DNA of 64,000 nucleotides from Tubulanus polymorphus (Eukaryota; Animalia; Nemertea), in the NCBI RefSeq assembly GCF_964204645.1, contig NC_134025.1, positions 6,386,001 through 6,450,000 of the forward strand, written 5' to 3'. Positions 15,325-29,045 of the stretch are shown piece after piece (position 1 is the stretch's first letter; every line of letters starts with the position of its first letter). The notes under the pieces were generated by a model. That model worked only from the letters and a program-made list of their open reading frames with translations, ran no database searches and was not told the DNA's origin. Both the position numbers and the translations under genes were made by a program.

Positions 15325-18300
15325 CTCTCGAAATATATACGCAGACCATTCCGCAAGATGGCGAATGCTTGGTTGAGGATCTTTCTAGAAAATCTCCCCA
15401 TTACATTATATTACATTATGAATATCTAATAGTAATACCTCGGCGATGTGGGCTATATATTTGTGTAGAATACAACATTATACGCATATATACTTTTTAG
15501 AATTATATTTTTCTGAAAATGTTATCGAGTACTAGACCAACTCGCGCTTGCTAGGAGGCGGCCGAGCAAAAAACGCGATTCGACTAACAGCTCGTGGTGG
15601 TGCAACATTTCAGTATACAGAATGATTTACATCATTAGTATAGGATAGTAAATGTGATATGCGTAAGAGATGCGATAAGCGCATTACTTCCGGTACTTAT
15701 TCATCACCTGAAGGCTTCATTAAATCGTTGACAGGAAGTTTAGTGCGCGCGCTCGAATGTGCGTGTTACCTGAAGATACATTGATTCCAAGCTTATCTCC
15801 ATATTATGAGCGAGATTTCACTATACCAGACACGAATCATACGATATTGTACCGTGTGAAACATTTTTTTGATTATGACTTCATAACGAGCTGAGTAATT
15901 TGAAAAACCTAATTTTGCATAATAAAATCAGTTGCGAGAATGGTTGACAGGATGTGTGTTAACTAACGTTGGAGATTTTCGCTAATATAAACTACTCCCA
16001 GTTTCCAGGCGCCATTTTCTTTGATTGGTGGATGGGATGTTATTGACTGATGTACGTAGCCCTATTCTGTGCGTGTTTGTCCATCAGATGTATTGTTACC
16101 GTACCTTTTGAATTTGACAATCCGAAAAGACTTTTTTATGGGAAACGAATCATGCAGTAATTCTTCCGGTAATAAAGCGTGTGGGGAGGGGTACAGTGCG
16201 GGGATGTTGACGAAATGCGCCCATCTTGTATATTAGTGTATGTTAGTGTGATAGATTATAAAGCAAAAATAGATTCGTGTAATTTCAAGAAAATATCTTT
16301 TTATTTGATTTTATGGTGTATTCTCATTCCAGAAAATGTTTTACATGACTTTTCCAAAAAGTCAACTAATTCAAGGCTTGCGAGATGGGCGAGGATAAGA
16401 CGGATTAATAACATATACTTAATTAATAATCACAGACACAGATTCAGTATTAGAAATGGGCCAAAGGAAAACTACTTATGTAAAGGTCGACACCATTTTT
16501 GATGATAAATTAGTGCCATGGGAGAACTTCTTTTATTGAAGTTAGATGATTATTTGCGAAATAAGGGAAACCGAATGTCAGTTAGTCGGAACTATATAGT
16601 CCGGAAATAGTCGACGACGGGATCGAGCACAGTCGCTGTAGTTCGGACCTAGTTTCAAGATGGCCGACTCTGCGAAATACGTTAAAACCGAACTATAGTG
16701 CGTTCGGTTAAATCCGCCATCGCTGTGCAGTAAATGAGAAAGATTTCTTTTTTATTTCATAACTTAGAATAATCAATTTTGAATGTTAATCAGTAGACGG
16801 ACCAGGAATTATCCAAGATAAAAACGAGTTCAGACAGGTCCAGATTTGTTCAAATAAATCATTCAAATCAGCGATTGTGTACTGATGATGAATGGCTGGT
16901 TTAATTGACGTTTCTCACTGAAACTGTACTCCACTTGTACCGATACAAGTAATTGATGTAATTTCGGTTACTTTCCATGTGTCGAGAGTGATGATTCCAA
17001 GCAATATCTGAAGTAGACTTGCTGACGAGGACACTGTTTACTGAGAGTTTCCGGAAGCTATCTACTTCAAGTTAAAAGATGACGCGTTTGCAGGTTCTAT
17101 GAACACTTTTCTCCATAAACCCGATAATTATGGGGACAACCCCGATTAGAGAATATTTCAAAAATCAACTTCCAAGCAAGACACCAACGCTGTCATCATT
17201 TCTACCAGTGTGACGTATTGCTCTAAAGCCTAGTTGCATGCAGATAGACATAAACTGTAAACACGAAACCGAGACGATTTCATGGTATGTTTCGTCACTG
17301 AAAGTGGTGCTCCGACACGCGAAATACGTTTTCCGAAGTACAGTTCACGTTGTGTGATTGAAACTGTGTTTCATGTTTCGGTGTAACGCCTGGGTCACGA
17401 ATCAAGCCAGAAAAGCGTTTTTGATTCGCGTTTCGAGTTTAATGCGTTGGTGTGGTGTGCACACATGCACACAAGCCCGCTTGATTTTCATCCCGATTTG
17501 TTAATCTACAATTCATATATACATAAAAACGGGATTCACCCTATTCAGAATGACACTTTGAAATATTGTCGGCATTCAAGTAGCTAGGAAAGTTGTCGGA
17601 AGTGTGAACTCATTGAAATGAACGATTTTCCGATTCAGTATTCAGTGGATTATGTATGGCTCGAGCTTATGTAACGTGATATGATTGATTTTGGAGATGT
17701 TGCAGATTAATATCCTTTCACGTTGGAGATTGAGAGATTGCTGTCAGTTTCCGCTTTATCGTACAAATGATGACGATACATAGAACCATGGACTATCGCA
17801 TATATAATTACATACAAGGCCATGTTGCATAACTATATAGATACAAATAGTTATTTATGCTTCTCCATTTAAGTTGGCGATTAACAACTGTTTGTTAGTA
17901 CGTGACAAAAGACTATTTGAAAATGAATCTAATTCCTACGATTCACGTAATAATTTCTTGGTTAAAACAAAGACTTTCCTATATTCAACGGTTATCATGG
18001 TAACGCGGCCACGACAAATTGACGCCGATCTCAAAATGCTTCAAATCTAACACTATACAATTTAAACCCTTTTCCGTAGATAAATTTTAGTGAAAATGCG
18101 TGAAACCTTCAATTTTTTCGGAAATTTCAAACATTCAAAGTTGAGCACCCTGGATCTTTGAGCGAGTGTAAAAAAATTAGCCACATTTCTTTCTTATTTC
18201 GCTCTCATGTCACATTTTTGCAAATTTTAGGAGTGAATTTTACATCGCTGAAAACTAGAGATTCACAGGGTTATAATGGTGCCAAATTAAGTTGTCAAAA

Positions 18301-19476
18301 TAAATCAAAGGACCGATGAAATGTGACGTGCAACACAGATTTTCTAATATACATTTGAAATGGTGGTATTCAGTTGAATCGGGTGGTACAGAATTTGAAT
18401 AATCATCTTGGATTGGCACAGCAATACTCGGAAGAAATCGAAGTCTGATCTGAAATGTACCACAATTCACTTGAGAATTTTTTCAAATATCTCCGAGTCC
18501 ACGGCATTCTCGGTGCTCGATCATCGATGGAATATTCGAATCATACCCATCAAAATATATAGGCATCACGTACACAGACAGTGATGCGTATCAGCACTTC
18601 AAACCCACGTAGAAATATTTCCAATAACATCTTGGTGGTAAATGTACCTGTATAGTTCGCCCACATTTCAATCAGTTTTTTTTGTTTACATCTACTGCAT
18701 CTACTTATCTATATACAATTCCAAAGCACGTCTGGTTCTGGGGCTGAGTACTATTTCAACACCTTTTCAATTATCGGAATAGTTTCATTGCAGAAAACGT
18801 GGAAGTTACGTATCGTCAGGAGTTGATATGTCATTCTGCAGTTGACGAGAACAATAAAATGGGTTCTAAATGCGTAGTCTTCTACGTAAAATTACCATTG
18901 TAATTGGAAAATAAGTATATATTCATATACACATACTTGATGGAATATTGGTATGTACGGCAGTATCAAGTTTTTTTCAGCGAAGAGTCGAGTGCGTTGC
19001 GTGGATGACAAGTACTGCGCGCCGTATACTTCGTCTTTTATGTATTTTTCTATAACAGGTATATCATTAATTATTCCATCACTAATGACAAGAACTGCAA
19101 AACGAACTAACGAACGCTGTCTATATCATTGCTGTATCGATGTGTTGACAATCGACTGATCTGGTGAATATCGGCGTCGATCTTGTACATCGATGGAAAA
19201 GCAAAATCATACAACCATCCAACAAAAAGTGTAAACAACCACGAAAAGACATTATCACTGTTTTAATTGGCAACCGTTAATTTTTGTCTACAAACATATA
19301 TATGGATTGTGGAAGAATAATCTTATGATAATAAGTAATCACACGCAAATGTATTCGTTAATGAGCCACGACGTTTTTTTTCGAGTGAATTTTCCGTATC
19401 TTCTTGAATGAACCGTAACCGCTATTGAGTATTAATAGATAGATCTTAAAATTCTAAAACAATCACTTTATATGCA

Positions 19477-19844
<368 letters not shown>

Positions 19845-20168
19845 CGAGTTGTGCCTAATTTTATTTCATTATGTATTTGCTCGTTTTAGTTCTTTTATCA
19901 TTCTTACTCACTACATTGACATGTCAACATCATTTGTGCCGATAGTTTAAAGCGATGTTCAAGTGAAATTGAAAATTATCTCGCTACTGACATTTAAACG
20001 GTATGTTGAAAAGAAAAGAAAAGATACGAAAAGATTCGAAATACAAGCATAGCAATTTCATAATAAGCTCGTTCGATATGTGTTCCAAGCATCCGTCAAT
20101 CGATCGTTCATTTTATCACAGTTTTCCCTCGATTTTACATCAGGTTTGTCCAATTCTTAACAGCGATT

Positions 20169-23100
20169 TTAACAATCGGTCCATGCCGTTCTGCGCAATC
20201 CATTGTCAGTCAGATTCTTAAACAGGAACGAAGGTTTGCGATCGGGATACCACCGGCGTTCCAAGTTCTCCAGTACTTTTTGGAATCCGGGGTTTAGTTC
20301 AACATTTGGATGATGCTGTCTGACCCATGTATACGCATGGTACAAAGTCATACCGTAATAACCCATAAGGTATTGGATGACAATTGTTGGCGCTCGAGAG
20401 TGCCCTTCGTAACTGTAAATCAAAACTCTTTTATTACACTGTCGAGTTGCTTCGATAAAACAGTTTATTTCCTCGAAATATTGCTCTATCGGCTCAAGAG
20501 AGTTATCGTCAATTCCAATATGCAACTTCGCTCTAGAATGGGGCAAGTCTGAACCGCATGAACATGGACAGATAGATTTCAGTCTCGAAGGTACTTCTTC
20601 AGGACGTTTGTTGGTTATGTCTACCATACGATCAATGTTCAGTTTACATAATAAATGCTGACTGAATGCCGATGTGATATTACCAATAAAGATAAAGTCC
20701 AAAATCTGAGTAACGCATGCATTCCTATAAAATTTGCTATGCGATTCTTCGTTCAAGCTGAGCGTACTGTTTTGTCGGAATTTTTGTTTTCGATTGAGTC
20801 CATTGATGTTCGGCGAACTTGCGCTGATGGCATTTGGTCGCGGGGGACGCGATCGAGTTTTCGAAGTCACAAAAAAGTCCGGCACTGTCAATCTGTGCGT
20901 ACTGAGTAAGGACGAGCTGTTTTCATCGGCGCGGTGTCTGTTAACGCTGAGATTCGGACAGGAACCGATTTGCGATTTATCCTTCATTTCGGCAGATTCC
21001 GGCTTAGGTCTTTCGGATCCGGCGCTGCGATTGCGAACCAGCCTTCGTAAAACTGGCGGTGTCGCTTCGTTTCCCTCGCGCAGATTAGAAATAGCAAAAT
21101 CCGATGTTGAACTGGGTATGATCTTACGATCGGCTAATGATGTATCTTCGATATACGTGGCCGGTATTTCGTCTGATCCAATATCGACCTGGTTCGGCAT
21201 TGTCGGCATGTATATATTGAACTGAGCTGATGGTGCCCTCGTGAGAGGTCGCTTGTAGTGAGACGATTTAGTCATTTCAACCCGATCGCTAGAGGTTATG
21301 TTTCGTGATAGATTCGTGCGTTGTCTGGTCTCTATGGTATTTATTGACATAATATCTTTTCCATCGCCAACTCTGAAAGTAGATATGTGATGGATGGATT
21401 GGTCATTATATGAATTAGAAAAACAAATACGGATAAAACTCTGTTTCCATAGAAATTATAATAAGTTATATACATTTCATGTTGTTATTTTGACTTTTCT
21501 GCGAATTCATTTCAACGTTCACTTTTCCCTTTGTTGTTTTGAAATTTGATATTTCTGCAGAATTAGAATTTTGCAAATTGCAATGAATATTCCAGAGCGG
21601 TGCATTCTTGCGCGTTATATTTCTTGAGTATTTTTGAGAAATATTCATTATAATAAGGAAAGCGAATTTTACCCTCCATGCGTCGTATGTCGAAAATATT
21701 CAATATTCAATTCACCGAAGCGATAGTTAAAAGTACTAAGAGGTATGATAACTCCTGGGGTAAGAGGGCCTCTCCCATGCCAATTTTTATATAAATTTGC
21801 ACTGAATCATATTTTAGCACCCCGTTGTGTTGACGTAATGTATTGACGTAATGAAGTAATGTATTCGCACCTGTTGCACCTCCCCGGCCTCCCCGCACGT
21901 GCCTGAGAGGTGTATAAGCGTTGTCTCGTCTATCGTATCTATGGTAAGGTAGGGACAGGAAAACTAACTGGGAAGTTGCTTGACGCTGATGAAAAATAAC
22001 ACTTATATATTGCCTAATATTATCGACTATGAATAAAACAATGAAACATTAAGGATCAATAAAGTTATTTTGAATTTGAATATATCGTAGATTGAATTGA
22101 ATTGACCTCGATCAGTCAACCAGTCTAACCAGGCAAGAGGTAGGTCATCCTCGCTTGCCAGGGTTCGATTGCCTCCCGCCGAAGCACGCGGGCACATCCA
22201 CTCAACATCAAAGACATAAACAGAAAATAATTTTGAATATTTTGAAACGCCGATATTGATGACGTAGTGAACACCCAATCACATAGTAACCCTTAAACAA
22301 CGCATTAGTTATCAATTTATAAAAAACATTTAACGGTGTTTCATAGCGTCTGAAAAATTACACATCGATTATGCAGGTTTTATTGGTGTAATTCAATGCT
22401 TTTGCGGAAAAGCAAATGTCATATGATGTATCATCACTCTAGATGCATATGAAACTAATGTTTGCATGAACAGTGAACAAATTCACACATTTCAGCCTAC
22501 TGTCAATGGCTGTGGAGTCGGCAGGGCGTTGTCTTCGATCTATGACGTCAACTTGGTACGCTAAATGGACAGCGCTAAAATTGGTCATGAGATATCAAGT
22601 GCTCTATAAACTTACGGCAATATGTTTCTCATATTGTCCACGCCTATTCAATTCCTCACTACCATCACTAGGATGGCGCTATTGTACCTACATATACAGA
22701 TATACTGTAAAGCCATACAACGTACTTGTATCAGCATTGTTACTGAACTTCGAAGCAACGCAACATTTTTGAAATTTGAAGGAGAACCTGCTTGATTCGT
22801 ATCATTAGGGAGACCAATGCACCAAACTGGTTTATGCGAAATCCACAATGAAAGTCATAATACATTTATACCGAGGTGGACGATAAACAATATCCAGAAT
22901 AATTCGGATTAAACTGATTCGAATTATGCGGGTTTGACCTATCATATTGCGCGAACCATATCAGAATGAATTCTACCTTTCTCCGTACACGTAAAAACAA
23001 CTTCTATCCTATTCTCATTGTTTACCATTCTCGGAAAATCTATTACGAACAATTTGCGTATCGTAATCAATCAGGTCTAGATTATGTTAGTTAATGTTAA

Positions 23101-23769
23101 GTTAATTAATAGAATTACGCACGTACGTACGTATGTCGTTACAGCACCATCTTAAGTTTGGAAAATAAATTTCAAATTAGATCCTTTATTCGAAAATTTC
23201 TATCAGAAATACAATGCAAAACTATGCTTTTAAATGAAATTGTATATTAATCTAGAGTCGTTTTATCATTTCGATCATGCCTATATTATGAACGAACATG
23301 ATCCTTGACATATCCAACGTAACCTTTATAGTTTATAGATAATGTCTTTAAACCATCTTAACATGATTCCAAAGCCAGAACTAAAAACCTATTTCACAAA
23401 GACACGGATTCGATCTGAACTTTACATCACATTCGCTTCCTGGTAAAACGCGAGTCGTAACCTGGGCAGAGTTTTGGGCTAAGATCTGACTTTATTTCTA
23501 TTTGCAAATGAATTAAGTTCATAACTTCACCTCGCTTATATAACGCACACAATCCACGTACTGATTCCATCAAGAAACCACATATTTAAGAGATATCATC
23601 ACTCGGATGGTCCCACTTACTAGCTCCAAAATATAACTTAATTAGCTTTAGAAAATACATACCTGCAGAGACTGTTTTGAATGTCACTGTCGTGTTCTAA
23701 ACCTAATTCTAAACTAATTCTATCGATTCCCATCAGTCGACTAAGTGACAGCCCGTATGATATCTCCAT
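20169..23769 (-). CDS. Atypical dual-specificity phosphatase-fold protein, predicted pseudophosphatase (STYX-type)
   Basis: The main exon 20169-21372 has a DSP domain (TQILDFIFIGN, IDDNSLEPIEQYFEE, RVLIYSYEGHSRAPTIVIQYLM, AYTWVRQHHPNVELNPGFQKVL). Candidate first exon 23663-23769 (MEISYGLSLSRL...NSLC, donor GTATGT) splices in frame to the acceptor at 21372. Confidence 0.85.
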
Positions 23770-24348
23770 GACTACGATTATGATGCCGATGTTGCTGCTG
23801 CTGCAACCGTCTTGCGTATGACAGGGAACAGTAATACATTATCATTCGCACTATTTGTTTTGAACGCTAGAACCCGATGAGTCCGATGACACTAAAGCTA
23901 TAATAAATCTTTGCAGTTAATCAACTCTCGTGTAATTCTGTAGTACGATTCTAATGAATATCAATCTGATCGCATGTGGCTGTTCAGAATTGGCAGCAAC
24001 ACGAATATCAAAACCATGCGACAAAACACAACATCAACCAAATGTTTTCCATTTTTTCGTCAATTCAAAATCATTTCATGATATGTGAAACAAGTGTCGT
24101 ATCAATATTATCTCACAGAAATTATGCTATCGATTCGCTTATTCAATTCAGCATCATTTTTCCGGATGTTCAGATTTTTCGATGAAACAGTAAATGTTTC
24201 AATTCTTTGCTTGTCAGTGTGTAATACTTCCGCTAAAATTATCAATCTAATTAATATATTATCTATCTAATTAATCTATCTACCTATCTTCAAATTGTTT
24301 AATATCTATCGACAGTATGAAGCTCAGTCTCTCGCCAATATCATATTC

Positions 24349-24790
24349 TACTGAAGGTCAATGAACTTTCACAAAGCTGAAATCCGAGCTGTTATACGCA
24401 CATAAGATATCTATTTTTGATCGTTTTGCCGTAGTCAAACAGACGAATTAGTCAGAATAAGGCTTCCATCGATTTGCACATATCTTTAGGATAATTTGTT
24501 TACCTCACCAGGTTACCTTCTTTGATTCTTAACTAAGAACTACCTTCTTTGGTTACCTTCTTTGATTCTAAACTAAGAATTCTTTGATTTAAACCACTTT
24601 TACTGAAGGTCAATGAACTTTCACAAATCCTAAATCCGTGCTGTTATACGTACATAAGATATCTATTTTTGATCGTTTTACCGTAGTCAAACAGACGAAT
24701 TAGTCAGACGTATTTATGATAAGGCTTCCATCAATTTGCACCTATCTATAGGATAATTTGTTTACCTCACCAGGTTACCTTCTTTGATTC
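24349..24790. repeat. Local tandem duplication of about 180-190 bp
   Basis: 24349-24528 and 24601-24790 are near-identical (tactgaaggtcaatgaactttcacaaa...ggttaccttctttgattc); short sub-repeats fill the spacer. Confidence 0.9.
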
Positions 24791-25050
24791 ATTTAAACCA
24801 ATCGCGATTTCTGAAAGGCCGTAAGTTCGTAAGATATGATCGTTACTGACTTGAGGAAATAGATTATCGGGACTCTAATGAGCCGTACCTATGCGGGCAC
24901 AATTGATTCGGGAAGTCTATGGAAATTGATCCCGATCGCTCAATATCGGTAGTTAGCGAGACAAAGTTCGGTCTTCCTTTCCAACATCAAACGAATGTAA
25001 TGCGAGGCAAGCCTATGGGAAATGTAAATTTAAGGAGTAAACGAAATATA

Positions 25051-25391
25051 AGCCGCGATCACACGGCGACAATAATTGGCCCGGGTCAAATTGTCACGGA
25101 TCAGGCCCGACTCAAATTTGGCCCGTGCCTAATTATTAGAGAACGCATTCACACGTGAACCACTCATTCGATATTAAACAATGCGTAAACCAAGCGAAGT
25201 GAGTCACTTCCGGAACCTGTAGCATTTCACGCGCAACGATTTAACCCGTGTAAAATTTGGCTCGGGCCTGGTCCAACGTTTCCGGCCAGATTTGGCCTGG
25301 CAAAACAAGTGCGGGCCCGTTAGGCACCCAAGTGAACAGTTGTTCCCGGCCAAATTTGTCCCGGACTACAAATGCTCGTGGAATCGCGGCT
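25051..25391. mobile_element. MITE, PIF/Harbinger-like
   Basis: TIRs agccgcgatcacacg / cgtggaatcgcggct, ata on both flanks (3-bp TSD), GC-rich subterminal ggcccg/caaattt repeats. Confidence 0.7.
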
Positions 25392-25536
25392 ATATACATA
25401 GAAGAGACTACGAATGTACATGTATTTATTTGATAATGAACCTTTATTAAAACATGGAACAAATGGTACAAAAAACAATTCGAAGCGCCACAAATTGTCT
25501 CAGGTAACAATAACAATGCATCATCTATTCAATATT

Positions 25537-27245
25537 CTACTCGGAATCGCTGTGTAGTCCGATTATGTGTACTCTAGTTTCCAGGGATTCCGAATAACAA
25601 TCAAATATATACTTTCCCGGTCCGAATTCTTCCCTTCCAACTACGAAATTTGCAAAAAGCTGCGCAAACGTTCTCTCGTCGAATTGGTGTCGATCATTCT
25701 ACGCAGGAAAAAAACATATGTTATTACATGAATATCTTACATTCGATTCTAACTGCTTTCAAGACCTGAAAGTGACTATTGCCCATTAATATGAATCACG
25801 AAGACGTATGATGTTGAAATAAACAATACCCTCCCATTTTCTTGGTCATTTGAGTTTTATAAGAGCGCGATGATTTACTCAAGCCACGTTATATAGATGG
25901 GTAAAATGAGCATACTTATGAATAAAGTGCAATTAAGGATGAAAACGAAAACCAGAGTCAGTCTACACGTTGTTTACGTTTAAAGATGTTTTCGAACTCG
26001 ACAATAAATATCATCTTTTGGGGTGGTAGAGGTTATGGTTATACGACTTAATAAGTCTTAATTTCAATGATACGTACATCTGTGATTCGATCGTAAGCTT
26101 GCCGGCATTTGATCTTATACTCTTCAGTTTGCAGTGATGTTTTTTTCAGAAACTCAACGTGAAATTGATATAGTTCATTCACACTTATACTACCACTACC
26201 TGCAGAAATTGTTAATAACAATCATATGATTTGTATGATTTGACATCTATTAACTAAAGAAAGATCTGCGATGCAATGAATGATGTAAGTGGGAAAGATT
26301 GTAGATTATTTTACAATAGCGAGTCAAGTTACGTCATGTCCGTATATTTATATATAGACTCTTACAACTTTTATTGATAACACTGAAAAGTAGTTGAGAA
26401 ATTCCAGAAACCCATATCGGCAAATTGCAAGTTCCTTTCATCTTAGCAAGTATAGCACTCCAAATGCGGTACCAATCTGCTAATTTTACCTTTCCTGAAA
26501 GTGAAATGTCGTAGATATAGTAAATTGGTGGTCACACCCACTGGCAATCATCATCCGTCTCATCCATGGTCGGTCAGAGGGTGACATTGAATATTAGGTG
26601 TCATTCAATATTACGTATTTCAAGAACTGACCTTGATTCTTATATTCACACTCATTCCCTCGGTATAGATTTGATGACATTTCTAGTAAAGATTCAAATA
26701 ATGTGTCTAAGGTCCACCATGATACTTGGACAGTTCGGAATTCTTTGTTCCAGCCCGTATATTGAAGAATTTTCTAAAAACAAAAGGCAAAACGTTGTCA
26801 GCTCTATCAAGCAGGGCAAGTTCTCAGTGGTTTCTATTAAATCAGCCTAACCATTTATATACCTAGCACCGAACGCTATATGCTTATACATGATAGTCAT
26901 TTAAGATTTGAATAAGGTTAGAATACAAACTTATTGATTAGATATATTTACTTTTTTTAATTCATTGAAATCATCGGTATCAAGACTTGCATCATTTTTC
27001 GAATCTGAAACTCACATACAGGATATATACAAATACATAGCCGAAAGAATAGTGTATGCGTTGGACTCAAACACGGTGATGCATGTATAGAAATATCATA
27101 AAATTTTATAAAACTAGCTACTAGCATGTTAGAAGTGTTATCTGCTTGTTGTATGAATAAGCATGAACATACTTTTTGAAGCAGCAAAGAACAAAAACAG
27201 TTTCTCCAATTTGGTTTTTTGAAAATCGGACATAGCACGCATCAT
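25537..27245 (-). CDS. Calexcitin / sarcoplasmic calcium-binding protein-like EF-hand protein, paralog A
   Basis: Six phase-consistent exons 27173-27245, 26952-27004, 26632-26773, 26366-26494, 26078-26199, 25537-25698: MMRAMSDFQKTKLEKLFLFF...NSKNDASLDTDDF...KILQYTGW...GKVKLADWYRIW...NLPIWV...NKSCSGSISVNE...AYDRITD...FAQLFANFVVGREEFGPGKYIF. It has the SCP/calexcitin N-terminal SDFQKxK, the central LPxW and the C-terminal GPGxYIF hallmarks. Confidence 0.85.
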
Positions 27246-28309
27246 CTCGATCCTACAACTGAGAGTGTTCCTGGCGAAAAGAAATGCGTTATCGATGAAC
27301 AAGAAAACTAACTGACTATGCCGAAAATAAACATCTAGTGCCCTTCAATGGATATAAGCGACAGTTGAAGGGCAAACGTTGATGACTAGAATAAGTCCAT
27401 AAGGTCTATTTACACCTAATCTGCTGACGAGAAATTCTCCGAAACTTCAAAACGTAAATCAATCTTCGTATCCCCAGGATGCTTTCATTCGGTAAAAACC
27501 CACCGAAAAAAAACAACATAATGTTCTATGCGTGTTTATATATATCACTGCGGTTGGGAATTGCGTCTTTTTTAACTATATCATACAATCTAAATAACAA
27601 CTCCCGTGGATTCTGTTTTGCTAGCTTAATTAGCGATATATCTTACCTCATAAAACATACAATTAAGATCCAAAAAACCAGTCCATTTTGAGCTTGTTTT
27701 GGTTTTTAAATCGTATCGTACTGCTCTAGAACATATACTGCTGTACAGTAGTACACTGAATTATTTGCTAATGCGAACAGGTTTTCTACTCACTGTTGCT
27801 CGACCGCTGTCTGTATACACTGTCTGCGTAAGGTCGGAATTTTGTTATTCCGTAATTAAAATAATTCAATCACGAGACACTCATACGTCGTGCTGGTACT
27901 CTAACCCAGTTAACTTGTACATGAATATATATTTCATTTATCACCACAACCCATCCACCTTGTCTTAGACTATGTCACTGTCTTGCTCAAACTGATGTTT
28001 CGGGAAAAAATCACGTCAACAAATAACCTTTGTTTCTTGTACACCTTATAGTTATTGATGCACCTTATAATTATGAAATCGAGCGAGCATATTTCATTTG
28101 GAGTTCGAATTCGGAAGAATCATGGATGACTATAGTTACGTCAGATATAGTTGACAATATGTCATCTTAAGGAGGTGCGATCGTGAAGTCTGATCGAAAA
28201 GTTTTTTGTTCAAATCAGGTTTTGTCAATTAGTAATAATTCTCTAATATAAAACTCAAAACCAAAATACATAAATATATGTAATCCAAATACTCAGATGT
28301 AACGGAAGA

Positions 28310-28515
28310 TAATCATATTAAATGAGACGAGAAGATACACAATATCCGTGTAAGATGATAGCGAGAGAAATCCCACAATAAATTCAGCCAAAACGAGAAA
28401 CTTGAAATAAATTCAGCCGAAACGAGAAACTTGAAGATTCTTGAATCTTGAAAATCTAAGTTTCTCGTTTTGGCTGAATTTATTGTGAGATTTCTCTCGT
28501 AATCATATTAAATGA
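28310..28515. repeat. Hairpin element flanked by 16-bp direct repeats
   Basis: taatcatattaaatga at 28310-28325 and 28500-28515; inner inverted repeat of about 42 bp (cgagagaaatcccacaataaattcagccaaaacgagaaactt and its reverse complement) with a partial tandem copy of one arm. Confidence 0.8.
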
Positions 28516-29045
28516 TGCATCGTTTGTCTTAATAACTTGCGACAAAGATATTAACGTAGGTGATCGATCCATCACATGAGATGAATTTATAGATATTACT
28601 CGACAAGCAAGATGGGGCAGAATGGCAGTTTCTATTCGACGCTTCTAATGCAAGTGTTTCTCCTCAGAAAATTCCTGCAATGTTTGCGGTGGACGGTAAC
28701 TCTAGAGACACGTTCAGTATGCATATCGCCAGTTAACCACTTGCATGAGTTAAATTTATATCAACAAATCCAGCAAATTTATTGCCCAATGTCTCGAAAA
28801 ATCGAAAGGACAAAAATCATGTTTGCTTTCTGTGTCTTTATTCTACCAACATCATCAACAACATAAATGATATTTAATTTCATGTAGGTTTATATCAAAT
28901 TCATCAGGTGGTCTTCAGGGTAAGTTTATTTCGGTGCTATAACCAAATAACCAATTAAACGAACTGAACACGCTTAGAACTCTGGAATCGGATGATGGAT
29001 GACATAAGCAACCTTTCGCTGTCAGTTGTCGAATAGTTATCTGCG

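Noticed and set aside
16988-17044. Possible C/D box snoRNA (GTGATGA...CTGA...CTGA)
   Set aside because: No terminal stem, no recognisable rRNA guide and no evident host intron.
20310-21225. Antisense ORFs over the phosphatase-like exon (and similar ones over the galectin-like, GPCR and METTL25 exons)
   Set aside because: Shadow frames of real coding exons with no independent features.
25741-25765. 25-nt AG/GT-bounded micro-exon in calexcitin A last intron
   Set aside because: It would shift the frame and leave a 42-nt downstream intron; no support without transcripts.
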